Shown piece by piece: positions 14,857-27,930 of a stretch of 64,000 nt of DNA (within the stretch, counting starts at the first letter, position 1; each line of letters opens with the position of its first letter). The notes under the pieces were generated by a model, which had not been told where the DNA came from, made no database searches, and saw nothing but the letters and a program-made list of their open reading frames with translations. The stretch is from the human T2T-CHM13v2.0 reference genome, Homo sapiens, in the NCBI RefSeq assembly GCF_009914755.1, contig NC_060937.1; one strand, given 5' to 3'. A program made the position numbers and the translations under genes.

Positions 14857-15045
14857 CCATTGGCTGAATAGTGGCCTCACAATATATCCATGCCCCAATC
14901 CCCAGAGCCTGGGAATGTCATCTTATAGGGCAAAAGGGACTTTACAGATGTGATTACATTAAGGATATTGGGATGGGGAGATTATCCTGGATTGTCTGGG
15001 TGGATCCTACATGTTATCATAAGTGTCTATAAGAGACAGAAAAGG
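14857..15045 (+). mobile_element. MLT1D-like LTR 5' fragment
   Basis: GGCAAAAGGGACTTTACAGATGTGATTA...GGGAGATTATCCTGGATT. Confidence 0.75.
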
Positions 15046-15049
15046 GGAT

Positions 15050-15702
15050 TCAAATTCAAAATTAGCCCCCGATTGGATCACAGACCTAAATGTAAGAGCT
15101 AAAACTATAAACTACTTGAAAAAAAAACATAGGCGTAAATCTTCGTGACCTTGAATTAGGCAATGGTTCTTTATATCTGGCACCAAATGTGTAAGTCACA
15201 ATAGAAAACAGATAAACTAGACCACATCAAAATTAAAAGTTTTTGTGCTACAAATGATAGTATCAAGAAAATAAAAAGGCAATCTACAGAGTGGAAGAAC
15301 ATATTTGCATATCATAGATATGATAAGAAACTTGCATTTGGAATATGTAAATAACTCTTACGACTCAAAAATAAAAAGACAAGTAACCCAATTTAAAAAT
15401 GAACAAAGAATCTGAATAGACCTTTCTCCAAAGAAAATATACAAATGGCCAATACGATTATGAAAGAATTTGCAACATCATTAGTCATTAGGGAAATGCA
15501 AATCAAAACCACAATATCACTTCACACCCACCAGAAATGGCTTAAATAAAAAAGACAGAGAGTAGCAAGTGTTGTCAAGGATGTAGAGAAATTGCAACCC
15601 TTATTCATTGCTGGTGGGAATGTAAAATAACATAGTTACTCTGGAAAACGTTAAACTCAGAATTATTATGTGACTCAGCACTCCCACTCCTAGAGGTGTG
15701 TG

Positions 15703-15734
<32 letters not shown>

Positions 15735-16332
15735 GTTTATATATACATACGTATGCATGTATATAGAAAGATGGATAAAAGATACATATGTGTATATATA
15801 TCCAAGATAAATAAAAATGTACATGTACATGAAACTGGTATGTGAATGTCCATAGCAGCATTATTCATAATAGACAAAAAGTGAAAACAAAGGCCTATCA
15901 ACTGATAAATGGATAAGCAAAATGTGATCTATTCATATGATGGAATATTACAGAGCAATGAAAAGAAATAAAATCCAGATACAATGCTATGCCATGAATA
16001 AACCTTGAAATATTATGCTAAGTGAAAATAGCTAGCCACAAAAGACTACGTATTGTATGATTCCCTGAATATGAAATATCCAGAATTGGCAAATTTAGAG
16101 AGACAGAAAATAGATTACAGGTTGCCTAGCACTGAGGTGAGGGTGGGAAGTGAGGAGGGCACAGAGGGCACAGAGCTTCTTTTTCAGATAATGAAAATAT
16201 TCTAAAATTAGATTCTAGTGATACATAAATTTGTAAATTTACAAAAATCATTGAATCGTATCTTCAAGTTCTGGAATTATATGATAGGTGAATTATACCT
16301 CAATAGAGGTGTTAAAAATTAAAAAATAAAAA
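15050..16332 (+). mobile_element. L1MB-type LINE-1 3' portion (ORF2 end and 3' UTR) with an internal (TG)/(TA) repeat
   Basis: ACCTAAATGTAAGAGCTAAAACTATAA, GGGAAATGCAAATCAAAACCACAAT; A-rich end. Confidence 0.85.
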
Positions 16333-16339
16333 AGAGTGC

Positions 16340-16770
16340 CACAGAAGTGATGTGTCCTTTGAAGGTATCATATCCTCTGGGGGTCACCATGTCCCTTTAT
16401 TTGCTGACTTTGATCATTTGGATAAAGGGTCATCTGCCAGGTTTCTTCACTGTCACGTTACTATTTCTTCCTTTGTAATTAATAAGTGCTTTGTAGGGAA
16501 GTCCACTGAAAATACATAAATATTGTCTCTCATCACATTGCATGCATTAATCTTAGCATCCATTGCTGATTCCTGCCTGAAACAATGATTACTGTTGGGT
16601 TTGCTGAATGGTAATTTCCTGTTTCCATCATTCCTTCCACATTTAGTAGCTGGAATTCTACTGGAAGGAAGACCTGTCCTTCCCCTGCCCCCATTTGTTT
16701 ATTTATCCAATTGTTTATTTATATTACCATGGACCCATGGGTTCTTATTTTATTCTATGGTTTATAACAA
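16340..16770 (-). mobile_element. L1ME-type fragment
   Basis: TTTGATCATTTGGATAAAGG...TCTGCCAGGTTTCTTCACTGT...TTTGTAATTAATAAGT, typical of antisense L1ME 3' UTR. Confidence 0.65.
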
Positions 16771-17279
16771 ACACACACACATTTACTCACTGACTCATCA
16801 AATATTTACAGCACTCCTAGCACATGTCAAACACTCTTCTGGACTTTTGGATTTCGCTGTTGAGAATGATGTCTTGGCCAAGACAGCTTTTACTCTCCTT
16901 GGAGAAATGTCCCCTCCTCCCTGAGCTGGCACAGGCATCTCCCTTGTCTGTGTCCTGTGCAAGTGCTTGCATGGGTCCATGCACTCAGTCATCTCCCTGT
17001 TTCTGAATCTCTCTGGCTGGCCCGGAGGACCCTGAGGGCAGGGGCCCACACTGTGGATCTCGAAGACACAGCACTGATCTTCGAAGACACTCAGCTCTTG
17101 CTTGGGCCTGGGTGAGCTAGTGAGGGAAGGGGTAAAGGAATGAACAAACATTGCTAGTGCTCAGATGCAAATCATAATATTAGAACATTGTCTAAGAAGT
17201 TCAAAGTTTAACCTTTGTTTGTCCTTGAGAGGCTGCCAGCTGTCTGTTATATTGGTTTTCTATCCAGACTGGATATAGA

Positions 17280-18900
17280 AGAAAAAGGAAAGAATTCAAT
17301 ATGCCTCCAAGATTTCTGGCTATAAGCCATTGGTAGAAGGAGGTGCACACACTTGGGCTGGGGATCCGTGTAGAGAAGATCTGTGGGTTTGGCAGTGCTG
17401 AGCTGAAGAGGAGCCCCCGGGGCACTCAGGTGGGAGGTCTAAGAGGCAGCTGCAGACCTGGGCTTGAGATCCCCAGAGAGGATAGGGTGGGGTTGGGGAG
17501 ATGGTGACACTTTGGGAGTCATGGGCCTCTGTGGGGAGGAGTAAGCCATGGGGAGCATGGGCATGAGTAGAGGGAGGAAGGAAGAGTGCAGGGAGCGAAA
17601 GAACCTATGGCAACACCAGTGGTGACACCTTGAAGCCTGAGGAAGAGGCTGAGAAGACTTTTAAGGAAAGAATGGTCAACAGAGCCAAGAAGAGCAGCAA
17701 GAGTCCCCAAGATAGAGGCTGACATGGGCCAGGACCTAGGTGGGGCGGGGAAGTTAGGGGGCGGGAGGCCTATTTCAGAGACTGAAATGGGATGATGGAG
17801 AGGTGGAGTAGGTGGAAGGGAAACTTATTCCCTGAGGTAACTTGAATGCCGACAGGACAGAGACCTGGGGATACCTTGGTGGAAGCAGAGGATCAACTGA
17901 TTAATTCTTTAAAGGGCATGGAGGGTCTCGAGTATGTTCACACAACAGAAAAGACTGGGCCAGGCCGGGCATGGTGGCTCAAGCCTGTAATCCCAGCATT
18001 TTGGGAGGCTGAGGCAGGCAGATCACCTGAGGTCAGGAGTTCAAGACCAGCCTGGCCAACGTGGCAAAACCCCGTCTCTACTAAAAATATAAAAATTACC
18101 CGGGTGTGGTGGTGTGTGCCTGTAATCCCAGCTACTTGGGAGGCTGAGGCAGGAAAATCACTTAAACTCAGGAAGCGTGGAGGTTGCAGTGAGGCAAGAT
18201 CATGCCATTGCTCTCCAGCCTGGGCGACAAGAGCAAGACTCTGTCTCAAAAAATAAAATAAAATAAAATAAAATAAAAAAGACAAGACAAGACTGTGCCA
18301 GTAGAAAAGAAGTGTCCTGGTAATGGATGGAATCATGATCAGCAGGAGGCTAAAGACACAGGAGGAGAAAGGGTTCAGGGCCTGGATGGCAGGGACATTG
18401 GACAGGGAGGGACCCACCTTCCTATGAAACTCGAGGGGAAGGGCAGGGTGAGCTAGGTGCAGAAGGGGTTGAAGGGGGAGGGGCAGGGGCGGGAAGCCAG
18501 GGCCACCTCCTTTGAAGTCCTCCATGTTTCCATGTGAGGAGGAGGGGAAGTCACCTGCAGGGAGCGGGAGTGGCAGGCCACAGGCCTTGGATCCCTTCAT
18601 TGCTGAATGGCTTCCAGAGACATCACCGATGCCTGACCCCACAGCTCCCAGCAGGCTGCAGGAGAGAGAAGAGGGGTGGGTGGGGTGGGAGGAAGAGCTA
18701 GAGGGAAGGAAGTTCGAGTAAGAGAGCAGCTGAAGGGCTGACTTGTGGTCTAGGGAGGGACCCGGGAAGCAAACCCAGGGGAGCCAGGGAGGGAGCTGGA
18801 ATAACGGGGCTCTGGCCAGCAAGTGGGAGGATGGAGCGGGTTGGGGGGAAGGTGTAGGAGGAGCAGCGGGTGATGACAAGATCTGGGTGTGGCTGTGGGT
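17280..18900 (-). mobile_element. Decayed L2 LINE, interrupted by an Alu
   Basis: Purine-rich + strand with L2-like segments (CTCCAAGATTTCTGGC, GAATGGTCAACAG). Confidence 0.55.
17963..18288 (+). mobile_element. AluS
   Basis: TSD AAGACTGGGCCA / AAGACTGTGCCA. Confidence 0.95.
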
Positions 18901-19309
18901 GTGAGTGGCTGGGTTTGCCAGAGCCTGCGGGGGTTTAGGAAGTGAAGGGGGCATTCCAGGACACCCGATGGGGGGGCCCACATTCGAGGCCTCAGCTAAG
19001 GCCAGCCAAAACAGTGTCCAGTGTGTCCAAAGACAGATAGTGCCCCCACCCTGGGGCATGGGAGCAAAGGAAGAGGACGGGAGAGTGATGCGTGGGAAAG
19101 GGTGGGCCCACAGAGGAAGGGAGGAGAAAGAGAGGAAGGGCCAGGGGACAGGCACAAGGGGTGGGGACGGACCTATGTTGCCTCAGTGGGGACCCTGCTT
19201 CAGAGAGGCAACACTGCTGCCTGGCCTGCGGTGTCTTGGAGCCTCGCCTCCCAAATGTGAACTCTGCAGGCACCTCTTCTAAAGGCAAAGGATTCTCTGG
19301 GAGTCCCAG

Positions 19310-19633
19310 TTTTTTTGTTTGTTTGTTTTGTTTTGTTTTGTTTTTGAGACGGAGTCTCACTCCCTCACCCAGGCAGAAGTGCAGTGGTGCCATCTTGGCT
19401 TACTGCAATCTCCGCTTCCCAGGTTCAAGCAATTCTCCTGTCTCAGCCTCCCAAGTAGCTAGGACTACAGGCACCCACCACCACGCCTGGCCAATTTTTG
19501 TGTTTTTAGTAAAGATGGGGTTTCACCATGTTGGCCAGGCTGGTCTCAAACTTCTGACCTCAGGTGATCTGTCCCCTTACAGCCTCCCAAAGTGCTGGAA
19601 TTATAGGTCTCAGGTGAGCCACCGCTTCTGGTC
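19310..19633 (-). mobile_element. AluS
   Basis: Antisense Alu with (TTTG)n tail. Confidence 0.92.
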
Positions 19634-19964
19634 CCCAGTGTTAAAGGGGAAAAGGGTTAAATTCAGTACAAGCGCTTCAGGCTCTTCAACTCCTATGAAA
19701 CCTACTCACTGGTGTCCAACTTTTATACCCAGCAAGAGGCTGATAATGGAATTTTGCTGAAACAAAATCATTGTTTTCATCACGGCTATCATCCAGTTTA
19801 CTGGAGTCCAGTTTCTTTTTACTTTGGCCTCTTGCCCTTTGTCCTTATGACAATTCAGATTCTCCTGCCACTGGATTCTGTCTGATATGCTTTGAAACCT
19901 TTGATCATGTGGGATGTGTCAGTGGCACCTGGTTTCTACCTGGCGGGGTATAGCTTGTGTGTTC

Positions 19965-20705
19965 TGGAGGTGCTGGTGACTGGCAGCTCTTAGTGGAACT
20001 TCTCACTTCTGGATTCACCCTCCCTGAAGAGCACCACCTTGCCCAAGGTCACACCCCCTTCCAGGGTCCACCCACCCCCAGTGATGGTCGGTGTCGAGTA
20101 TTGATATGATTTGGCTGTGTCCCTACCCACATCTCATCTTGAACTGTAATTCCCATAATCCCCAAGTGTCATGGGAGGGACCCACGGGGAGGTCATTGAA
20201 TCATGGGGGCGGTTACCCCATGCTGCTGTTCTTGTGATTGTGAGTGAGTTCTCACGAGGTCTGATGGTTTTATAAGGGGCTCTTGCCCACCTTTTGCTCA
20301 GCACTTCTCCTTGCTGCTGCCATGTGAAGAAAGGCATGTTTGCTTCCCCTTCCACCATGATTTTAAGTTTCCTGAGGTCTCCCCAACCATGCTGAACTGT
20401 GAGTCAATTAAACCTCTTTCCTTTATAAATTACCCAGCCTCAGGTATGTCTTTTTTTAGTAGCATAAGAATGGACTAATACAGGTATAAAGCCCCAACCA
20501 CCTCCCTCAATGTGAGATGACTCTGAAGGGTTGCCCCAGCTCAGGAGCCCCTGCATGGGGTTGGCTGAGGCCTTTGTTGCAACTTCGTCACAGTTCAACT
20601 TCTCTCTGCTTGGTTCAGCTGCCTTCCCTCCCCGACAGGTGTTGACCCTTAGAGCATTCCCCAGTAAACTTCCTGTATGCAAGCTGCATCTTGGAGTCTG
20701 ATTCT
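19965..20705 (+). mobile_element. ERVL LTR16-like element, split by THE1
   Basis: CTTGCCCAAGGTCACACCCC...CCCAGTAAACTTCCTGTATGCAA...TCTTGGAGTCTG. Confidence 0.65.
20102..20482 (+). mobile_element. THE1 (THE1C/D-like) solo LTR
   Basis: TGATATGATTTGGCTGTGTCCC...GGACTAATACA; 5-bp TSD AGTAT/GGTAT. Confidence 0.9.
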
Positions 20706-20708
20706 TTC

Positions 20709-20897
20709 TACAGTTCTTAGACTTAGTGCATAAAAATGCAAGGTGCCCAGTTAAATTTGAATTTCAGATAAACAATGAATAACTTTGTGGTATGAGTATG
20801 CTCCAAATACTACACAAGACAGTATACTAAAAATTATGTCCTGTTTTTGGGAAATTTAAATTTAACTGGGCATCTCACATTTTATCTGGCAACCCTA
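20709..20897. mobile_element. MER53 palindromic hAT-type MITE
   Basis: Inverted arms TGCCCAGTTAAATTTGAATTTC (20744-20765) and GAAATTTAAATTTAACTGGGCA (20851-20872); ends TATCTGGCAACCCTA. Confidence 0.85.
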
Positions 20898-22164
20898 CTT
20901 CTTAGGGAGCCCAAGCTGGGTCATGAAATGATCCTTCATGGCCCTCATAGTCTGTGGAAGAGGAGCCCTGTGGTTTCTATGGCAGTGAAAGAGCACAAAG
21001 GTTATCAGAGGCACGAGCACCAGGGACACTTCAAGATCAATGGAACATCCCATCTGGAGAATGGGTTGAGGACCAGTATTACTGATGGGGCTGAATTATT
21101 CTCAGTGGTGGAGGTGAAACTGAAGAGCTCTCCAAGGAGAAAGCTCCCACACTGCCCATGTGAAGGCAACCACCTCTGGTGAGGCTGCCAGGAGAGCAGA
21201 GCATGAGCACCGAGGGGCCAAATCATGGCCCCACCATGACAGTCATGAGGGTAGACTGCCTGCTTCCTGCCCAGGAGTTGGGGAGCCCACTCTTACTGAA
21301 GAGGGGACTCAAAGCCAAATCGCACCCACTCCTTTGCTCAAAGCAGTTATAGCCCTTTTCAGTGGTAAGGACTGAGCTTTCAGTGCTGAAATAAATCTGT
21401 TTTAGTAACCAAGAATGATGAATAATTATACAGTCAAGTCAAAATGGTGTGATGAAGGGACCTTAGTTGGCCTTTAGTAAGAAAAATGTTTCAACATGAC
21501 ATTATAAAGGGACGGTTATTGGAAGGAATAAAACCACTTTATGCTTATGTCCAATGAGTTATGCTCTCAATAAATAAGTTACTATTGTTATTATCATGTC
21601 AAAGGGCTTTTAGGCCTGAGAAACTAAGTTTTCTAATATCCTAAGCAAATATGCCTGCTAGTAACGCTTACCAGAGATAAAGGAGAAAAGATTATAACTT
21701 GGAAAAGACCTCGGTCCTTACTCCTTGGCCAGGCCACCCCCTCTTCCTGCCCTCTCAGCCTGTTCCCACTGCACTAGCACTGGGAGTCGGGGAGGGGAGT
21801 GGCTTTTGGACCAAAAATGTACTCAGGTCTTCCTAAAGAGCTTGCCTCACCCTGTTACTTCTTCAAATTCTTCTCACCCACAGCCAGCTCTGCAAGCCAC
21901 TGCCAGCGTGGCTCTCTTGGGGACATTGGTGACCTGGTTGGTTCATGCCCTTTGTACTGGTTCGACTCTTCCTTGACCACTTGGCAGTGCCTGAAGCAGC
22001 TGCCTGCCCACTTCTTCTGAAGCTCCTCCTGCCTCTCCCAATACCCACTTTCTCTGTTGATTATCTACCTCCTCTTTCCACCTTGGGTAAGGTACTTATT
22101 CCCCAGAATGCCATTCTCAGTTTCCTTTCATTATTTGTGTTTTTCTGTGTGATACTTTATTTTT

Positions 22165-22279
22165 AATACACTTTTTGCATATCAGCTTTATTTCAATGTA
22201 ACTTACCTACCATAAAATTCATTTTTTTAAAGTGTTTGATTCAGCAGCTTTTAATAAAGTCACACAGCTGTGCAACTAC
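22165..22279 (-). mobile_element. Short L1M 3'-end fragment
   Basis: CAGCTTTATTTCAATGTAACTTACCTACCATAAAATTCA...CACAGCTGTGCAACTAC. Confidence 0.7.
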
Positions 22280-22474
22280 TGTGGCTGTGGGTGTGAGTGA
22301 CTGGGTTTGCTGGAGCCAGGGTGGGTGCAGGAAGTGAAGGGGGCATCCCAGGTCACCTGAGGGGGCAGCCCCGCCTCCATGACCTTGGCTGAGATCGGCC
22401 AAAATAGTGTGCAGTGTATGTGAAGACAGATTCTGCCCTCAGCCCTCAGGTGGCATCATAGCGCTTGTGTGCAA

Positions 22475-22992
<518 letters not shown>

Positions 22993-23135
22993 TGTTTTGA
23001 ATTTTGAATCTGTGGGTGGTGATGAGCTAGCTGAAATTCAAGAGTTCCAGTCTAATGAGAGAAGAGAACAGATGCGTAGGACAACTAGCAGACTCTACTA
23101 CCATAGTAATTCAAAGGCAAAACTCTGTCTCTTGC

Positions 23136-23628
23136 TGTACCAGTCAGGGTCCAGTCAGGCAAACAGAATCAGTAGGACACATACTCTCAAACCCACGCAT
23201 CCCTAGGAATTGATCGTGAGGAACTGTCTGGCTAAGAACATCAGAAATCTTTAGGGCAGGCTTCAAGAAGGCAAGATCAGAAGCAGGCAGGGCTCCACAG
23301 ACACAAGCAGAAGCTCATGTCTGGAGAAGGCTGAAGCTGCCTTTAAAGGCTTTGCAAGTTATGCCCATCCAGGGTAGTGTCCATAACTTAACACCAGCTG
23401 ATCAGGGGCTTCAAGCACACCTGTGAAGTTCCTTCACAGCAGCATCTGTATGAGTGTTTGAGTAACCAGGAAGAAGGGTGTGTGTACTACACGGGGCTAC
23501 TGCTTCTTTTCCGTCCTCACAGTCTCCTAAAAGTATGTCTTTTATGGCCCACCCTGTCTGAAAACATACAGGAGAGGGAATTCTAAGAAATGCAGTTCAG
23601 TACAGTAGTGTGTCACAAAGCCATCACA
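23136..23628 (-). mobile_element. Old ERVL-type LTR
   Basis: TGTACCAGTCAGGGTCCAGTCAGG...AAGCCATCACA; subfamily uncertain. Confidence 0.5.
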
Positions 23629-25561
23629 CCTGTGGTCCCAAATCGAGAAGTCCCATAAAAGTCCCTAGTTGGCCCAACTCAAGTCATATGACCAGCCCAA
23701 GTTCAACCACCGTTGCCAGGGGAAGGGGTAGAAAAATTGGGCTGAATCATGTGACCGTCTTGTGACTAGAAGGGGGAGGATACCATGATGAGTGGTCCCA
23801 TAGCAGCACCTGATTGGGATGGGGAAGGAGGAGAACCCCAAAAGAATTGGGGATACTGAAAACCTAACACAACCTATATCATCATCTTGGATGCCCCATA
23901 GGACTGAGCACCATGCTTAGTGCTTAGAAGGCCTTCAGAAAGCACAGCTGGCAACTGAGGTAAGAACTCAAGTAAGACCTATGGATTATATTAGCTCGAC
24001 CATTTGTCCACTCACTGACATTGGCTGGACCCGGCCAAGACCCAAGAGAAGAGCAGTCCTGGAGGTTCCCACTGACACTTTAGTTCCTGCACATCAGGAA
24101 TGGCTTCTCAGCAGCCAGTACCTTTTCCAATGTTCAGAAACAGTTGTTACTTGCCAAGACACGTTACATATCTCCACCACAGACTGCTGCTCGTTCACAC
24201 TCAGTTTCCTCTGGAAATCTCTGGCAAACACCATCTGGCTGCAGCGGGGGACTGAGCCCTGGTCTTTTGTTGCTCCACGGCCTCCTACTCAGGGGATTTC
24301 ACCCCTCCTCATGGCCCCCAAGGAGAAGGCCCTCCAGTTCTGTGGGCCCCATTTCGCAAAGGTGGCCAGTGTGTGCCCCGAGTTCCAGTGGCATCATCCC
24401 CTTGGTGAATCTGGGTCGGGGAAATGGTGCTTAACTGTTAACCCATCAAGGTTTCATGATCCTTTTCATCTGTGCAGTTCCAGCAGGGAGAGGAGCTGTC
24501 ACTGTGTATTAGCCTGGTCTCATCCTCCACGATGTTGTCAACTCCCTGGCAGGAGAAGCGATGTTGCATCCTGCCTGTACGTTTCCTCCATGCCTAGGAC
24601 GGTAGTTTGATTTTAAAGGGCGCCAGGTAAATGTTTGCTGATGAATATTAAACGAAGGAGGAGATGATTTTCCAGCCATCATGGGAGGAGGTCAGGAGGG
24701 GCTGGACTCCACTTCCCTTCAATCAGAGTCAATAACTGACCTAAAGTTCTAGCCTGCAATGCGCGGTACTCATGCAAGGTGGGTTGGTGGTGCTAGTGGC
24801 ATGACTTCTCCCGTTGGATGTTCTTTGCAAGCCCCCTGTCCTTTTCTTTTGATGTACTTACTGGAGGAGTTTGTAATTACTTATAACACAGGCCTTTCAT
24901 TCTACCTCTCTCTCTTCCTGAACTATAAATTCTGTAGGAATCGGGACAGGGCCTCCTCACCTGGCCCACAGCAGGCACTCAGTAAAGAAGTGATGAATGA
25001 ATGAACACATTCTTCATGTCATCTGGTGAGCATATTTAATTAAAAATATCAGTGCTTTCTAGGAAGACAAATGAGCTCTGCCACAATCTTTTTCATTTGA
25101 AATTCTAGTGCTGATTCTGACTTTAAACTGGTGGTGTTTATTGAGTACTTGCTATGTGCCAGGCATTGTTCTACACTTTTCACTTGTATACTTAAAAAAA
25201 AAAAAATCCTCCTGGCTGCATTTGGAGTACACAGTAAAGAACAAAACACCCTCACAGCATCCCTGCTGGAATGCTCACTTTACAGCTGAGGAAACAGAAG
25301 CGCAATGAGCTCAAGTACTTGCCCGAGGCCATGCCGCTGGTAAGAGGTGGAAACACCTAAGAATGAAACTGATCTGCCCCTTCCTTTGTGTCTAGACCAA
25401 CGATGCAATAAAGTAAGTCTACCAACTCACAGCAAGGCCATGGGTAGAGGTCTTGAAAGGCACCATGGAGCCCAGAGCTGATCTGACTCTTCAAACTCAT
25501 CACTCTGATATTTCACTTCCTGTATGAACCACCCAGCAACATTCCTAAACTCCCCCTTTCT

Positions 25562-26280
25562 TAAAAAAAAAAAAGTTCTACATATACTTGCCAAATGACC
25601 CAGCAATCCCACTAATGGGTGTTTACCCCCAAATAAATGAAAACATATGTCCTCACAAAGTTCACAGCAGCTTTATTCTTAACAGCTAAAAACTGGAAAC
25701 AATCTAAACATCCATCTACTGGTGAAAGGATATTCAAATTGCAGCACGCCCATATAAGGAAATACGACTCAACAGCAAAAAGAAATCAGCTGCTGATACG
25801 TGCAGCAATGTGGATGAGCCTCAAAGGCGTCCCCTGTGTGAAACAAGCCAGACACAAGAGACTCTATAAGTATGTGCTTCCATTTATATGATATTCTGGG
25901 AAAGGTAAACTACAGGGCCAGAAAACAGATCGACGGTTGCCAGGGGCTGGAGGTTGCAGGGTGGAAGGTTCATTGCAAAGGGTCACAGGAAGCTTTTTTT
26001 CTTCCTTGGGACAGGATCTTGTTATGTTTCCCAGGCTGGTCTTGAACTCCTGGCCTCAAGCGATCCTCTCCCTTCGGCCTCCCAAAATGATGGGATTACG
26101 GGCATGAGCCATGGCTCCTGGTCAAGGAAACTTTTTTACGGGGTGGAGAGAAGGGGCTGAAAATTTGATTGCAGTGGTGGCACTATATTTGTTGCCAAAT
26201 TGTACACTAAAAAGGATGAATTTTATTATATGTAAGTTAGACATCAGTAAACCTGATTCTTGTTAAAAGTAATTTTTAAA
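25562..26280 (+). mobile_element. L1MB/MC 3' end, interrupted by a FLAM
   Basis: ATGACCCAGCAATCCCACT...GTTCACAGCAGCTTTATT...GGTTGCCAGGGGCTGG. Confidence 0.8.
25994..26123 (-). mobile_element. FLAM_C-like Alu monomer
   Basis: Single antisense left monomer; TSD AGGAAGCTTTTT / AGGAAACTTTTT. Confidence 0.85.
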
Positions 26281-27754
26281 ATCTTTTATTCCAATGTATA
26301 AAATTGGTTCTTCTATTCCTTTCCTTATAAATCCAAGCAATAGTTTCATTCTTTAAAAATGCATAATGTGAAAATAGCATTAGGAAAGCTGCCTTGAAAT
26401 ATGGATACTAAATGCATCCCACTGGGCAACTTCAGCAAACCGCTGGGTCTTCCACCACAGTTAAAATAGCTCCTGCTGTCCCCGGGGCAGGAGTGGCTTA
26501 AGAAAGCATTTAATCCAGGAGTGCGTGTCTGGAGCTTTGTGTTAATCAGATTCCATATGACTGAATGACCTTTGTTTTCCCTCTGGTGGAATCGTGAACA
26601 TTTGGGAAAACCGGTTTGCTTTTAGTGAGTGTTGCAGGGTGCAAATGAAACTGTATTCAACCTAGGGTTCGACTGGGAGAAAAACAGGAGAAAGGCCACA
26701 GGATTGGTGCAAGGACAGCAGGTCAGTGTCAGGGGCTAGGTGACTGGGGAGAAAGCTTGCTGTCCCCTCTGAGTGTCCTCCCCCAAACCTCAGCGTCCCC
26801 CCTTGGGAACCCATACCATGGCCCCGGGCAACAGAGGCAGCAACACAAATAAATAGAAGAACTGTTTCATTAAAACCTCCTCCAGACAAGGCCAGCTCTG
26901 GATGCAGTCTTCTGTGACCTCTGGGCGAGAGGAGGTGGTGTGTTAAAGACAGGATTACCCCTGAGGCCAGTCTCTGCAGCGGGACAGGGACAGGGCAGCC
27001 AAAGGTCAGCCAGGGCAGCTTCCAGCTGGAGGGGGATGGCAGGCCTCAGCAGCACCAGCAGCTTCCCAGGGAGAGGAAGCAGCTGCAGCTGGCGCAGGCA
27101 GGAGCCTGGTGCGTACCCGGAGGTAGCAAGCTCACTCAAACCCCTGGGCCATATGATGAGCTGGGGGGAAGCTGAGGCAGCCTGGGATTCCTGCAAAGTG
27201 GGTAGGTCCAGAGTCACACAAAAAACTGCTTTCTTACTGTGATATGTATCCCTCCAGCTGGTGTGTGGCTGGGGATGGCACAGACCACAGGCACAACTTT
27301 TAAGCAACTGGATTCTGTGCTGCAAAACATGTGCAGCCACGTGACACCTCCCATCCTCCAAAATTCCTACCTGCATTACATACAAATCTCTTTAAAGATT
27401 TCTGTGTATGTCTTTCTGCCTCGGCATGCATTTCCCGGGAGCTCTGGTGCATAGCAACTGAATTAGCATCCAGGCCTGCTTAATTAATAAAATGAACCCT
27501 GCGTACATCTGCAATCCTTCCAAACAATTTCAGCATTTCTCTCATTTCTACATGGAATTCAGCCTGTTAGCACAAAAAACCATGGTGCACCAAATGCTTG
27601 TTTTATCCTTTGAGAGAAAAATTCTTTAAAATACAGGTTGTTTCGGCTGAGACCTTTCAGGAGTTTCTTCTTCTGAACTGTGCTCACTCTGCCTGGTATC
27701 TGGGAAACCCCAGGCCTAGCACAAAATAGAGGCCTAATATTTGCTGAATAAACT

Positions 27755-27930
27755 GTGACCTTGGGTCTGTTGCTTAATCTCTCCCCGAGCCTTAATTTTG
27801 CCATCTTTAAATAAAGAGAATAATACCACTCCTGTAGGACTGAAGTGAAGATAGACACAATATATGTAAAACATGCAATACATTGTAACTGTGAAGACAT
27901 TTAGCACTTTACATGTCAAAAACCACTGAA
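27755..27930 (+). mobile_element. MIR
   Basis: CTGTGACCTTGGG...TGCTTAATCTCTC...GAGCCTTAATTTTGCCATCTTTAAA. Confidence 0.7.

Noticed and set aside
17938-19155. 405-aa ORF on the minus strand
   Set aside because: Pro/Ser/Leu-rich translation of pyrimidine-rich L2 remnant running into an antisense Alu; no domain recognised
19092-19760. 222-aa ORF
   Set aside because: The middle is the typical antisense-Alu peptide
23981-24610. 209-aa ATG ORF in unique sequence
   Set aside because: No recognisable homology, promoter or splice context; compatible with chance
26574-26592. Reverse CTCF-like CCACCAGAGGGAA
   Set aside because: Lacks the conserved C of the GGC core
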